In this document: positions 27,918 through 36,931 of the stretch, piece by piece
Numbering within the stretch: the stretch's first letter is position 1
Layout of the letters: each line of letters opens with the position of its first letter
Source of the DNA: Lentimonas sp.
GTDB taxonomy: Bacteria > Verrucomicrobiota > Verrucomicrobiia > Opitutales > Coraliomargaritaceae
Direction: 5' to 3'
Length of the DNA: 64,000 nt
Assembly (NCBI GenBank): GCA_039768155.1
Contig: JBDNAY010000018.1
Coordinates: forward strand, 7,902 to 71,901
Translations under genes and position numbers: made by a program
Notes under the pieces: model-generated
Database searches by the model: none
What the model was told of the DNA's origin: nothing
Seen by the model: only the letters and a program-made list of their open reading frames with translations

Positions 27918-28288
27918 GTGTCTAGAGAGAACCACCGCCGTCTCGCTGTGCGAGCCCCCTTCGTCAAGGAGGGGAGTTTAAAAGCTTCTCCTTATGCGCC
28001 TCTTTTGATCTGACAAACATCTGATAAAAAGTCAGTCTGACATTATTTCTTAGCTCGCCTCCTTTTTAATGAGGAGTGGTCGGCTTGGCCGACCGAGGTG
28101 GTTATTGGTAGCGTTTTAGTGGTTTGGCAGTCTCTACCTCACTGAATGCCCCCCCTATCTTAGCAAGCTAAGACACCTCCCCTTGGCTGGGGAGGCGCTT
28201 GAAGCGTTCATAATATAGCGTCCTGGCTCGAAGATCAGATCAGGCTATCAAAGGTAGCGGCGCACGTCCCTGGAATGGCACTACTTTA

Positions 28289-28346
28289 AGGCGAAAGTAG
28301 GCCAACGGGGTAGGGTTCGCCTCGCCGAGGCGAAAGTAGGCCAACG
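28289..28346. repeat. 19-nt perfect direct repeat (two copies, 39-nt period) flanking an 8-bp hairpin
   Basis: aggcgaaagtaggccaacg occurs at 28289-28307 and 28328-28346, with TTCGCCTC-gcc-GAGGCGAA between and overlapping the copies. Confidence 0.7.
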
Positions 28347-28586
28347 ATGAGCGTATGCCGACCCCTTAGATACGGGTTTTCGATCTCACTCAACGAACGG
28401 TTCGCTCGGCGAGCACCTCTTACCTTAAAATGTCTCTCACATGGAGAGACTAGGCGCGTCACCGTCTACCACGATAACGCAGCAACACCTATAATTCTTA
28501 CCGAAAAGTCCCTATAGTTAGTGCCATTTCACGGCCCAGTGCGCCATTGTGGTGTTGCTAGCGATATGTGCCAGTTAGCCGATTGC

Positions 28587-30374
28587 TTACTCCCGTTCCA
28601 TCGATTCCTCAATGGCGTTTTGTTGGCGGGCGATGTCGTGCAATGTGACGATGCCAAGTAGCTTGGTATGATCCTTCTGACTGACGATCGGCGCTTGGAG
28701 CACGTCTTTGATCACGAGTGTGTTAGCGACGTCTCGAATCGAACTATCTGGAAAAATACTAATAATCGGATGTTCTTCGATCCATTTGCTAATGAGCTGT
28801 ATGTCAGCAGCGGCAGTCATTTCTTCGAGCTCGTGGTGCGTGATCACGCCTAGCAGTTCAGGCTCGGTGGGGCTGAGTATGACTGGATAGCCGTGATGCT
28901 TATGACCATCTTCCTTGATGCGTTTCAGATTTTGCTCAGCGGTTAAGCTGCCGCAGACTGTGCGCGAGTCATGCGTCATGATCGTGCTGATCGGAAGGTT
29001 ACGCCAATCTTGCTCGCCGCGATACGCAGGAAGTTTCTTCAAGCTGATGCCATCTTGCAGCAGTAGAGCATCGTATATTGGGATGTGACGCAGTTTGACC
29101 GAGATCATATATGCCAACATATTGCCGATCATGAGCGGTAAAATCAGTGAATAGTTATGCGTCATTTCAAAAATGATCAGTACTGACGTCAGTGGGCAAC
29201 GAATCACCGCGGCAAAGAACGCGCCTGTGCCGAGTAGAGCCGCTGCTGCCGCAATCGATGGGTCTAGGTTAAACGCATTTACGATCAAAACGCCAAAAAG
29301 GCCACCCAGCATACTGCCGATAAAGAGCACCGGCGCAAAAATGCCACCACTAGCACCGGAAGCATAGCAAACTGCAGTGGCTAGAAACTTGCCGACTAAG
29401 AGCAGCAGTAAGACTTTCCAGCCTAAGCCACCGTTCAAGGCGCTACTTAAATCGGTGTAGCCGATACTGAAGACACCATGGTGGCCGCTACTAAAATGCC
29501 AGACTGTGATGCCCATGAGGCCCACACTCAACCCACCGATTGCAGGTTTGAGCCAAGTTGGGAATTTTTGCCACTGCTTAAAGCGGCCGCGCAACTCCAA
29601 CAGTATCCAAGTAAAGGCATGTCCAAGGACGCCCGCGACTGGTCCAAGCACCAGGCACAGCAGCATCCACCAAGAGGTCTCGAAAACTGCACGTGTGGCA
29701 TGTAGCGCGCTGTGCTCACCGAGGATACTGCGTTCCACAACCGCTGCTACAACCACTGCGATGAGAATGCCACCGAGTGCTTTGCTGCTAAAATTGTTAT
29801 CAAAAAGTTCCTCGAAGACGAAAGTGATCGCAGATATCGGTGCATTGAATGCCGCCGAGATACCCGCACCCATACCGACAGGCACCATCGCTTGCACGCG
29901 TAACTTACCGAGTCCAAAGAGACGACCGAGCTTCGAGGAGACCGCACTACAAATGTGCACCGTCGGACCTTCACGTCCGAGACTGTTGCCCATGCCCACC
30001 GAAATTGTGCCAATGATGAAGCGCCAAAAGGCCTCCGATGTTTTAATAACTCCAAAATTCTGGTAGTAAGCCGCCTTTGTTTGTGGAATCCCCGAACCGC
30101 TTGCAGTTGGCGAGACGTAGCGGATCATCAGTCCGACGATCAGTCCAGCAATTGCAGGGGAGAGGATCATAGCAGGGTATGCCCAGATACCTAGGCCCTC
30201 ATAAAAGCCGAAAAGACCATCAAATACTGTGGTGATCGCTAAGTGAAAGCTCACGCCAACCAAGCCACAAAGCACACCCGCACAGATGCACAGCATTAGG
30301 AAGCGTTGGGAGTCATCGAAGCGACCCCGCATCCAATTCGGTAGATTATTGAGACTAAATCGCTCGTGTGCCAT
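28587..30374 (-). CDS. ClC-family chloride channel/antiporter with C-terminal CBS pair
   Basis: Selectivity motifs GSGIPQ, GREGPTVHI and GIFAPVLFIG. The C-terminal 150 aa resemble a CBS domain pair. Confidence 0.9.
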   Translation of the reverse strand: MAHERFSLNNLPNWMRGRFDDSQRFLMLCICAGVLCGLVGVSFHLAITTVFDGLFGFYEGLGIWAYPAMILSPAIAGLIVGLMIRYVSPTASGSGIPQTKAAYYQNFGVIKTSEAFWRFIIGTISVGMGNSLGREGPTVHICSAVSSKLGRLFGLGKLRVQAMVPVGMGAGISAAFNAPISAITFVFEELFDNNFSSKALGGILIAVVVAAVVERSILGEHSALHATRAVFETSWWMLLCLVLGPVAGVLGHAFTWILLELRGRFKQWQKFPTWLKPAIGGLSVGLMGITVWHFSSGHHGVFSIGYTDLSSALNGGLGWKVLLLLLVGKFLATAVCYASGASGGIFAPVLFIGSMLGGLFGVLIVNAFNLDPSIAAAAALLGTGAFFAAVIRCPLTSVLIIFEMTHNYSLILPLMIGNMLAYMISVKLRHIPIYDALLLQDGISLKKLPAYRGEQDWRNLPISTIMTHDSRTVCGSLTAEQNLKRIKEDGHKHHGYPVILSPTEPELLGVITHHELEEMTAAADIQLISKWIEEHPIISIFPDSSIRDVANTLVIKDVLQAPIVSQKDHTKLLGIVTLHDIARQQNAIEESMERE

Positions 30375-30523
30375 GTGCTTTGCTAAAAAAAAGAAAGCCG
30401 CAAAGGTTCTTTCTAAGCGGCATAGAGCACAGTGTGAAAGTCACGGTTGAATGCACGAATGAAATTATAAAAAAAATACTTGGCATCGGCAAAACTAGTC
30501 CTACAGTCCGCGTCTTCACTTTT

Positions 30524-30609
<86 letters not shown>

Positions 30610-30620
30610 TTTAAAGGTTT

Positions 30621-30650
30621 ATGCCTCTCCCTAACGGGAGGGGCATTTTC
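30621..30650 (+). terminator. Rho-independent terminator after tRNA-Tyr
   Basis: ATGCCTCTCCC-taac-GGGAGGGGCAT followed by TTTTC. Confidence 0.65.
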
Positions 30651-31330
30651 GTGTCTAGGCCTTATATTTAATGGGTTTGGCGGGTTTTGGCTAACGGCTT
30701 CTGTTGTGTCAACTTGTGACGATAAATGACCCGAAAAATCTGGTAAACCAGTCCAAGAATCAAGGCTGTAAACGGGGGGCAACTTAGCGAATTTGAGATT
30801 TTCAATACGACAAGATTGAACTTGGAGGACAGAAACGACTTGGACTTTTATTTGGATGTTCAGTTTCCAATCAAGATAGGACGAAGGCGAAGGATTTCCT
30901 CAGAATCAGATTTTGAAAGACTTCAGAGAGCACCTCGGAGTGGGCGGAGAGCTGCTAGTGACTCATGATGTAATGCGGACTCGGCAACGGCAATGGCAGC
31001 GTTTGATAACCCTTATTGGTCAGAGCAAGTGACAGGGTTGATGAATGACGTTCAGCGAGAGTTGCAAACGGGTGGAGATTTCGACCCTGTGGCGTGTAGC
31101 ATCAAATGCGGTGGGGCGATGCTGTGAACATGATTCACCAATGCGTTGTGGCAACAAGAGCTTAAACCTTGAAAGTAGGAAATCTGGTTTACGGCCTTCG
31201 CTTAGGCGAACGCCTTGTTGCAGTTAACCATTTTAAGTTTTCGGATATTGTTTAAGAGCTATGTGGTCAGGTAGGGTTTAAAGTCAGAAAATCGTTGGCA
31301 TACAAAAGTATATATTTACAGCGCTTTACA

Positions 31331-33223
31331 CTAGAATATCGCGCTTGGCGTTGCAATTCGCCGATAGCCGCCAATCGCTTGCCGATCTGTATTCCATGCA
31401 ATAAGTTCGGTTTCAAACTCTGGAATGCTCATGACGCAACCAGAGCAATAATCGTTCACCCGATCAATTAGGCTTTGTAGGCGTGTTAGTTGTCCGCCGT
31501 AGCGAATTTCAATCACTTCGAGTCCAAAAGGTTTGTAGGTGTCCAGCCATAGCGCGCGATGCAGTTTCCACAGCTTTGTAAGTTCGAACAGTAGCGTGGT
31601 CACTTCGGTTGCTGCGAGATATAGCAGTTCATCCTTGTCGCTCGCTTGATAGGCATCGACTAAATTCTTGCGGCAATCGCATTTTAGCGCGAGCACAGTT
31701 GCGATTTGTGCGGGGAAGCGCAGTCGGGCGGCACCTGGATTTTTCTTTTCGATCGCTGTTTTAAGTTGGTCAGCTAGTTTTTGATAACCTGCACGATACG
31801 AATCAATTTCTTGCATGGGTTGGCAGAGCCCGATGAGGGGATCGTCCCACATCAACCACTTCGAACAGTTGGAATAATCGGTGGCTGAATTTTTATTAGG
31901 TGCAGTCTGATCTAGTTGGCTGGCTAGTGTATAGTCTGAAAAATTGGCTAGACAGGACGCATTGAAATTACGTGCGGTTTGCGCCTCGTCGTAGGTGCCG
32001 TTGTAGGCCACATCGGCAAAGGCTTGTATGACGGGGAGGACGGAATAGATATCACACTCCATGCCATCATCTCCCCAAGTAGTCATAAATACTTCGCGAA
32101 CGTTTTTTGCCTTACAGGCTTCCATGCCGGGAAGGATTCGGGCGAGTGAATAGGGTATATTGGTCCAAAAGTGATCCCAGTTCCATGCTCCAAGCGCCAC
32201 GATTGGCTCCTTGTTCATCTCGCGGTGGCGGTCGATGTAGGTTTCATAGAAGTCCTGATCCAAGTGATAGTAGTCCCAATAGACTAAGTCTACATTTTCG
32301 GGGATTCGTTGGTACGCTGAAGGTGGAATTTTGCCGTCGAGGTCGTAGTATTGATGGGTTTTTGAGCCGAGGCGGAAATACATGTCTGACCAAATCATAG
32401 GTTTCAGGTCTTTTTCGGCACAAATTTCGGCTACTAGGTTAAGATGTTCGTTCATAATTTCGAAAAGATCTCGTTCGCCGAAACGAGCCTTAAAATTACC
32501 TGTGCCCATGCCAACGGCTTCATCCATACCTAAGTGGATACGATTGGACCGAAAGGGCGCTTTTGCAGCATCGATTATTTTCCCTAGAAGTTTGTAAGTT
32601 TTTGGCTCGTTAGCGAGAAGGACGTCTGGAATATCCGTGACCGCTTCGTAAGCGCAATCCCATTGCAATACTTGTTTGAGATGGCCGAGCGCTTGTATGC
32701 AGGGTACCATTTCTATGCCATAAAGTTCTGCATATTCATCTAGGTTTTTTAGTTCATTCTGACTGAAGCCACCTCGAAGATAGCCAAAGAATGGTTCGCC
32801 GGGCACCTCGTAGGTATCTTCGAGGTAAAGCATGAGAGTGTTGATACCCATTAGAGCGGCTCGTCGGATAAAGGCTTTTATATTGTCCGGAGTAATGACG
32901 CCGTTACGCGATGATTCCAATTGGAGTGACAGCATTTCGAATTCGCAGGATTCGCTCAACGCTTCGCTTTCAGGGTTTGCCATGAGGCGGCCTAGGGCGC
33001 GAAAGGCTTCAATGCGGCGACCATAGGCAATTTCACGCACTGAGCCGTCATGGGTGGCTACAAAGCAGCGGTCCTCCACCAGCTTGGGCTCATGTCGAAA
33101 ACGAAGCTCGGCTGCGTCGGCGTTCGTGTCAGTAGTGAGCGCCAAGTACTCATCCAGTTGGCGTATGCCCTCCCTTAGTTCTACTGGAATCGACTCTAGT
33201 GATATTTTAAATACAGGCGACAC
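31331..33223 (-). CDS. Glycoside hydrolase family 20-like (beta-N-acetylhexosaminidase-type)
   Basis: TIM-barrel pattern GINTLMLYLEDTYE...VPCIQALGHL...IHLGMDEA, whose D-E pair resembles the GH20 catalytic motif. No signal peptide. Confidence 0.6.
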   Translation of the reverse strand: MSPVFKISLESIPVELREGIRQLDEYLALTTDTNADAAELRFRHEPKLVEDRCFVATHDGSVREIAYGRRIEAFRALGRLMANPESEALSESCEFEMLSLQLESSRNGVITPDNIKAFIRRAALMGINTLMLYLEDTYEVPGEPFFGYLRGGFSQNELKNLDEYAELYGIEMVPCIQALGHLKQVLQWDCAYEAVTDIPDVLLANEPKTYKLLGKIIDAAKAPFRSNRIHLGMDEAVGMGTGNFKARFGERDLFEIMNEHLNLVAEICAEKDLKPMIWSDMYFRLGSKTHQYYDLDGKIPPSAYQRIPENVDLVYWDYYHLDQDFYETYIDRHREMNKEPIVALGAWNWDHFWTNIPYSLARILPGMEACKAKNVREVFMTTWGDDGMECDIYSVLPVIQAFADVAYNGTYDEAQTARNFNASCLANFSDYTLASQLDQTAPNKNSATDYSNCSKWLMWDDPLIGLCQPMQEIDSYRAGYQKLADQLKTAIEKKNPGAARLRFPAQIATVLALKCDCRKNLVDAYQASDKDELLYLAATEVTTLLFELTKLWKLHRALWLDTYKPFGLEVIEIRYGGQLTRLQSLIDRVNDYCSGCVMSIPEFETELIAWNTDRQAIGGYRRIATPSAIF

Positions 33224-33226
33224 AAT

Positions 33227-33844
33227 TTAATCGTCTGCTAACGGTAGTAGCATGATGTCGTCCAAGATGAAATCTTGAACTCCGCTGTTACCGGGGTTGA
33301 CGAAGATGAAACGGACGCTTGAGACGGACGCCAGAGTGTCAAGCAAGGTGCCCGAATCGGTTTTGTTTACTAGTTTCGCCATTTCACTTTCCGATATCTG
33401 AAAGGAATAGGTTGTTAACAAACTCTCCGTTATTTCTAGGCTGACTCGCGATTCCCAGATGTCTCCATTGGAACCTTCGATACTCAATCGGAATTTTGAA
33501 GGGACTGTGGGTTGTTCATTGACAAAACGATTGGTCTCGACTGAAGCGGCCACAGTCAAGGAATTAGCACTTGTCAGGTTTTTATTTTCAATACGATGGA
33601 GAGCGCCAAAGAAACCACCGTTATTCCAATTACCAACATAAATAGCCGCTTGAGAAGCTGCTGTTCCGCCTGTGGGCGTGAGGTAGATCTCCTTATTCAA
33701 TGCAACTCCAAAACCAGTCCATTCTTTTTTTAGGTCGGTTGTATCGGTGTACTCGTTAAAGTTTTCAAACACTGATTGAGCGTTTAACGAAAAGGAAATT
33801 GCTATTAAAAAAAGCGACACGATTAGGTTTTTTAGGTTTTTCAT
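33227..33844 (-). CDS. Secreted hypothetical protein (possible carbohydrate-binding beta-sandwich)
   Basis: Signal peptide MKNLKNLIVSLFLIAISFSLNAQ. Low GC relative to neighbours, and 3 nt from the GH20 gene. Confidence 0.6.
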   Translation of the reverse strand: MKNLKNLIVSLFLIAISFSLNAQSVFENFNEYTDTTDLKKEWTGFGVALNKEIYLTPTGGTAASQAAIYVGNWNNGGFFGALHRIENKNLTSANSLTVAASVETNRFVNEQPTVPSKFRLSIEGSNGDIWESRVSLEITESLLTTYSFQISESEMAKLVNKTDSGTLLDTLASVSSVRFIFVNPGNSGVQDFILDDIMLLPLADD

Positions 33845-33941
33845 AATGTATTAGTGGGTTGATGGTGTTGATAGATGTTAATTATTTCATATATTGAACT
33901 AATTAATTAAATTTTGTCAAGCCCCAGTCCATCTTTCGACT

Positions 33942-35084
33942 TTATTTTTTCAGTTGTTCGCTCAAGTGAGCCTCGAGGACACGGTGGAGGGCGAAAATGG
34001 CACCTCCTTCGGAGATGCCATTGGCTTCGAAGGCTGAGCGACGCATGGTGAAAGTTCGATCAGGGATTGGCAAAAGATGCTTCCTGACCTGAGTTTCGAG
34101 TTGGTCAAAGTTGTTTGGTGCGAGGAGTCGTGGATCAGACGCGACAATCAAGTGGCTAACGTCTATCAAATTAATGAGACTTGCTAGGTAGCGTCCGCAC
34201 TCCTGGAGAAATTTTTCCGTACTCACCTTTTTGTTTTTGGGTAAATCCGAAAACAAATGGCAATCGAGCTCGCCAGCTGCGTTATTGACCCCGCGGTAGG
34301 ATTTACCTTCCAGCACCATCGCCATGCCAAGCGAGTAGCGCTCAGTATTAAGATTTCCTGAAATGCCGAGCCGAGCGAGAAAAAAGGCGAAGTTCTCTAC
34401 ACGATGGCTATTGTCAGCAAAACTTTCACGATAAGCACCAAATACTGTGTTTCGATCAACCCACACTGGGACGTCAAAGAGCGGAGCTAGTTTTTCCTGA
34501 AGTGGGAAATTGCTCAAGTTGAAGGGGCGAGAAAAGACGATAGAGCCAGTCTTCCAATCGATAATGCCGGGGACACTAATCGCGATGCCGCCGTTCGGTG
34601 AGTTCTGAAGACCGAGGGCTTTGCGAAGACGCGTCACCGCGGCGGGGAGTTCGGTGATCGTATCTTCTAAATGATCGCGAGCAGGAAGGGATTCGGAGGC
34701 GATGACTTCGCCACAGGCATTTATTAAGGTCAGCCAGTGGCCTCGGGCATCTAGTTCTACGCCGCAGGCCCAAGCGGCATCGGTTCGGATGCGCAGCGCG
34801 CGTTCTGGTGGACCAACGCGACCGCTGGATATGGCTTCGCCCGTTTCGACTATGCCAACATCGCGAAGTTCATTGACAATATTGGAGATCGTAGACGCGC
34901 GCAGATGCGTTTTTTTGACAAGTTTTCGCTGTGAGAGATTCGTGTCTCGAATTAAGAGACGAAGCGTCAATAGTCGGTTTTGGTATGAGATTTTCTCTTT
35001 TTGAGTGAGATGGCTAAGTGTTGAAGGCGTTCCCTTTGCTTTATCGGGACGCGAATCTAATGGATAGTTAATAAGACTTGACAT
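33942..35084 (-). CDS. ROK-family transcriptional regulator (NagC/XylR-like)
   Basis: N-terminal winged HTH (LSQRKLVKKTHLRASTISNIVNELRDVGIVE) followed by a ROK sugar-kinase-like domain. Confidence 0.8.
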   Translation of the reverse strand: MSSLINYPLDSRPDKAKGTPSTLSHLTQKEKISYQNRLLTLRLLIRDTNLSQRKLVKKTHLRASTISNIVNELRDVGIVETGEAISSGRVGPPERALRIRTDAAWACGVELDARGHWLTLINACGEVIASESLPARDHLEDTITELPAAVTRLRKALGLQNSPNGGIAISVPGIIDWKTGSIVFSRPFNLSNFPLQEKLAPLFDVPVWVDRNTVFGAYRESFADNSHRVENFAFFLARLGISGNLNTERYSLGMAMVLEGKSYRGVNNAAGELDCHLFSDLPKNKKVSTEKFLQECGRYLASLINLIDVSHLIVASDPRLLAPNNFDQLETQVRKHLLPIPDRTFTMRRSAFEANGISEGGAIFALHRVLEAHLSEQLKK

Positions 35085-35145
35085 ATTATTTTTTTATATG
35101 AATTAATTTTTAGTAACGCTAATTTCACCATACAGCATATACAAC

Positions 35146-36171
35146 ATGGCTAGTAATTTAAAAATTTCCTCTCGCTACTTGAGCTTTTTGATCCTCTTAA
35201 CCATATGGTTGCAAGGATCATTGCAAGCTGTTTGCCAATCTGTTCCTGCAGACAGTTTGAATCGAGCCATGTGGTTTTGGGATACGGAGCAGATGTTCAA
35301 TTCAGCAATTGGTGTCGACCAAGTTTTAGATTTTGCCTCCGAGCACGGTGTCGATCATCTTTTTGTTCAGATATTGACAGAAATTAGTAATAGAGGGGAC
35401 ACGCAGTTGAGAGATGCTTCTGCAATGCGTGCTTTCATTCGGTCAGCGACGAAGCGTGGTATCAAAATTCACGCTTTGGACGGTGCTGCCGATTTCGCTT
35501 TAGCATCAAAACATGATGCTGTATTGGACCAAGTTAGAGCTGTGTTAGACTTTAATGAAGCGAGCGAAGCGTCAGAACGTTTTCATGCCGTGCATATGGA
35601 TGTGGAGCCCTATTTGCTTGATGAATGGCGTGTCGGCGGCGCATCACAGCAAAAGGTTATGGAAAGTTTCTTGGAGATGAATCGTAAAATTATTGATTTG
35701 ATTGCCGAGCGTTCTGAAGTACTCGATTATGGCGTAGATATAGCAAGCTGGTTCGATGCGCAAAACCGTGAGGGAGAATACGATTTTGTGGTTGATTACG
35801 AAGGGCGGCGCACGGATCTTGCGACGCACTTAATCGGTATGGTTGACAATATTGTTATATTGGCCTACCGAAACAAGGCGATTGGGGCAGGTAGCACGTT
35901 TGACATATCATTGGGCGAATTAAAAACTGCCGATCGTGAACAGGCCGCCACAATTTTCATTGCTTTTGAAACGATTCGACCTGACGGAGACGGTATACCC
36001 GAGAATATCACTTTCGGACACCTAAGTCATGAGGCATTGAACGATGCCATCGATGAAGTAGTAGCCGTTGCTTCCGCATACGACTCTTTTCAAGGCATCG
36101 CCATTCATCACTACAAATCGTTCAAGGAACTGGTTGAAGTGACAGGCGTAGGCAGAGCTGAGTCGCCATAA
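35146..36171 (+). CDS. Secreted hypothetical protein, possibly a TIM-barrel glycosidase-like fold
   Basis: Signal peptide and alternating beta/alpha texture (HLFVQI..., IKIHALDG..., HMDVEPY). No family recognised. Confidence 0.55.
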   Translation: MASNLKISSRYLSFLILLTIWLQGSLQAVCQSVPADSLNRAMWFWDTEQMFNSAIGVDQVLDFASEHGVDHLFVQILTEISNRGDTQLRDASAMRAFIRSATKRGIKIHALDGAADFALASKHDAVLDQVRAVLDFNEASEASERFHAVHMDVEPYLLDEWRVGGASQQKVMESFLEMNRKIIDLIAERSEVLDYGVDIASWFDAQNREGEYDFVVDYEGRRTDLATHLIGMVDNIVILAYRNKAIGAGSTFDISLGELKTADREQAATIFIAFETIRPDGDGIPENITFGHLSHEALNDAIDEVVAVASAYDSFQGIAIHHYKSFKELVEVTGVGRAESP

Positions 36172-36180
36172 TTTAATCCA

Positions 36181-36831
36181 ATGACGCACTTAGCACTTTC
36201 CAATAAATCAAAATGCCGAATGGCATCATCAGCGTTCACGTTGATTGAGTTACTGACTATAATCGCAATCGTCGCGATACTCGCTGCCATTTTAGTGCCT
36301 GCGGTAGGGGCAGTGCGCGAGTCGGCACAAAAAACATCCTGTCTTTCAAATTTGCGTCAAATAGGGATCGCCTTGCAATTGCAGTCCAATGACACGAATC
36401 GGCTTTTTCCTTCGCGAGGTGATTCTCACCTGAATTATGGACAAGTGGCGGATTCGCTGCTTCCTTACCTAGAAAATACTGTTACGGTGTTTCAGTGTCC
36501 TGGCAATGAGGGCGAGAGACTGATTCCGAGCCAACAGATTCCCAGTATGCCTGGGAGCTACACCCATTATGAATTCAACGCGTCGCTCGCTAACTTTGTC
36601 ATCAGCGAGGATAATGAGGTCAGCGACCGTGGGACTATTGGTATTTTTAATCCTAGCGAGGCGGCCTTTGCTTATGATCGTCCCTACTGGAATGTCCCGG
36701 AGCGACCACACTCGGGAGGAGTCAATGTCGTCTATGTTGCCGGTAATGCTGCTTGGTTGCCGGAAGAAGAGATGGGGCTCGATAGCCAGACTAGCGAAAA
36801 GTTTTTTTATCGCGGACACGATTACCGTTAA
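36181..36831 (+). CDS. Prepilin-type N-terminal cleavage/methylation protein, DUF1559 (H-X9-DG) family
   Basis: [26 protein letters not shown] pilin-like N-terminus and C-terminal [17 protein letters not shown]. Alternative start at Met 36220. Confidence 0.8.
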   Translation: MTHLALSNKSKCRMASSAFTLIELLTIIAIVAILAAILVPAVGAVRESAQKTSCLSNLRQIGIALQLQSNDTNRLFPSRGDSHLNYGQVADSLLPYLENTVTVFQCPGNEGERLIPSQQIPSMPGSYTHYEFNASLANFVISEDNEVSDRGTIGIFNPSEAAFAYDRPYWNVPERPHSGGVNVVYVAGNAAWLPEEEMGLDSQTSEKFFYRGHDYR

Positions 36832-36931
36832 TTCCATTTTATGGGTTCGGTAAGTCTCTCACCGTCTCCTGCTTTTTTTGCCTGCATAGGTCGAAAATCC
36901 TAGCGAACTGATTCACAAAAAATATCCCCTT

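Noticed and set aside
28289-28346. CRISPR array
   Set aside because: There are only two copies of a 19-nt repeat with a 20-nt spacer, no further repeats and no cas genes in the window.
28498-28520. RNase P RNA (ccgaaaagtccctatag resembles GGAAAGUCCGGGCUCCAUAG)
   Set aside because: No other universally conserved RNase P blocks (ACAGAACCCGGCUUA, AGGGUGAAA, GGUAAGAGCGCACC) are present on either strand within 27900-28586.
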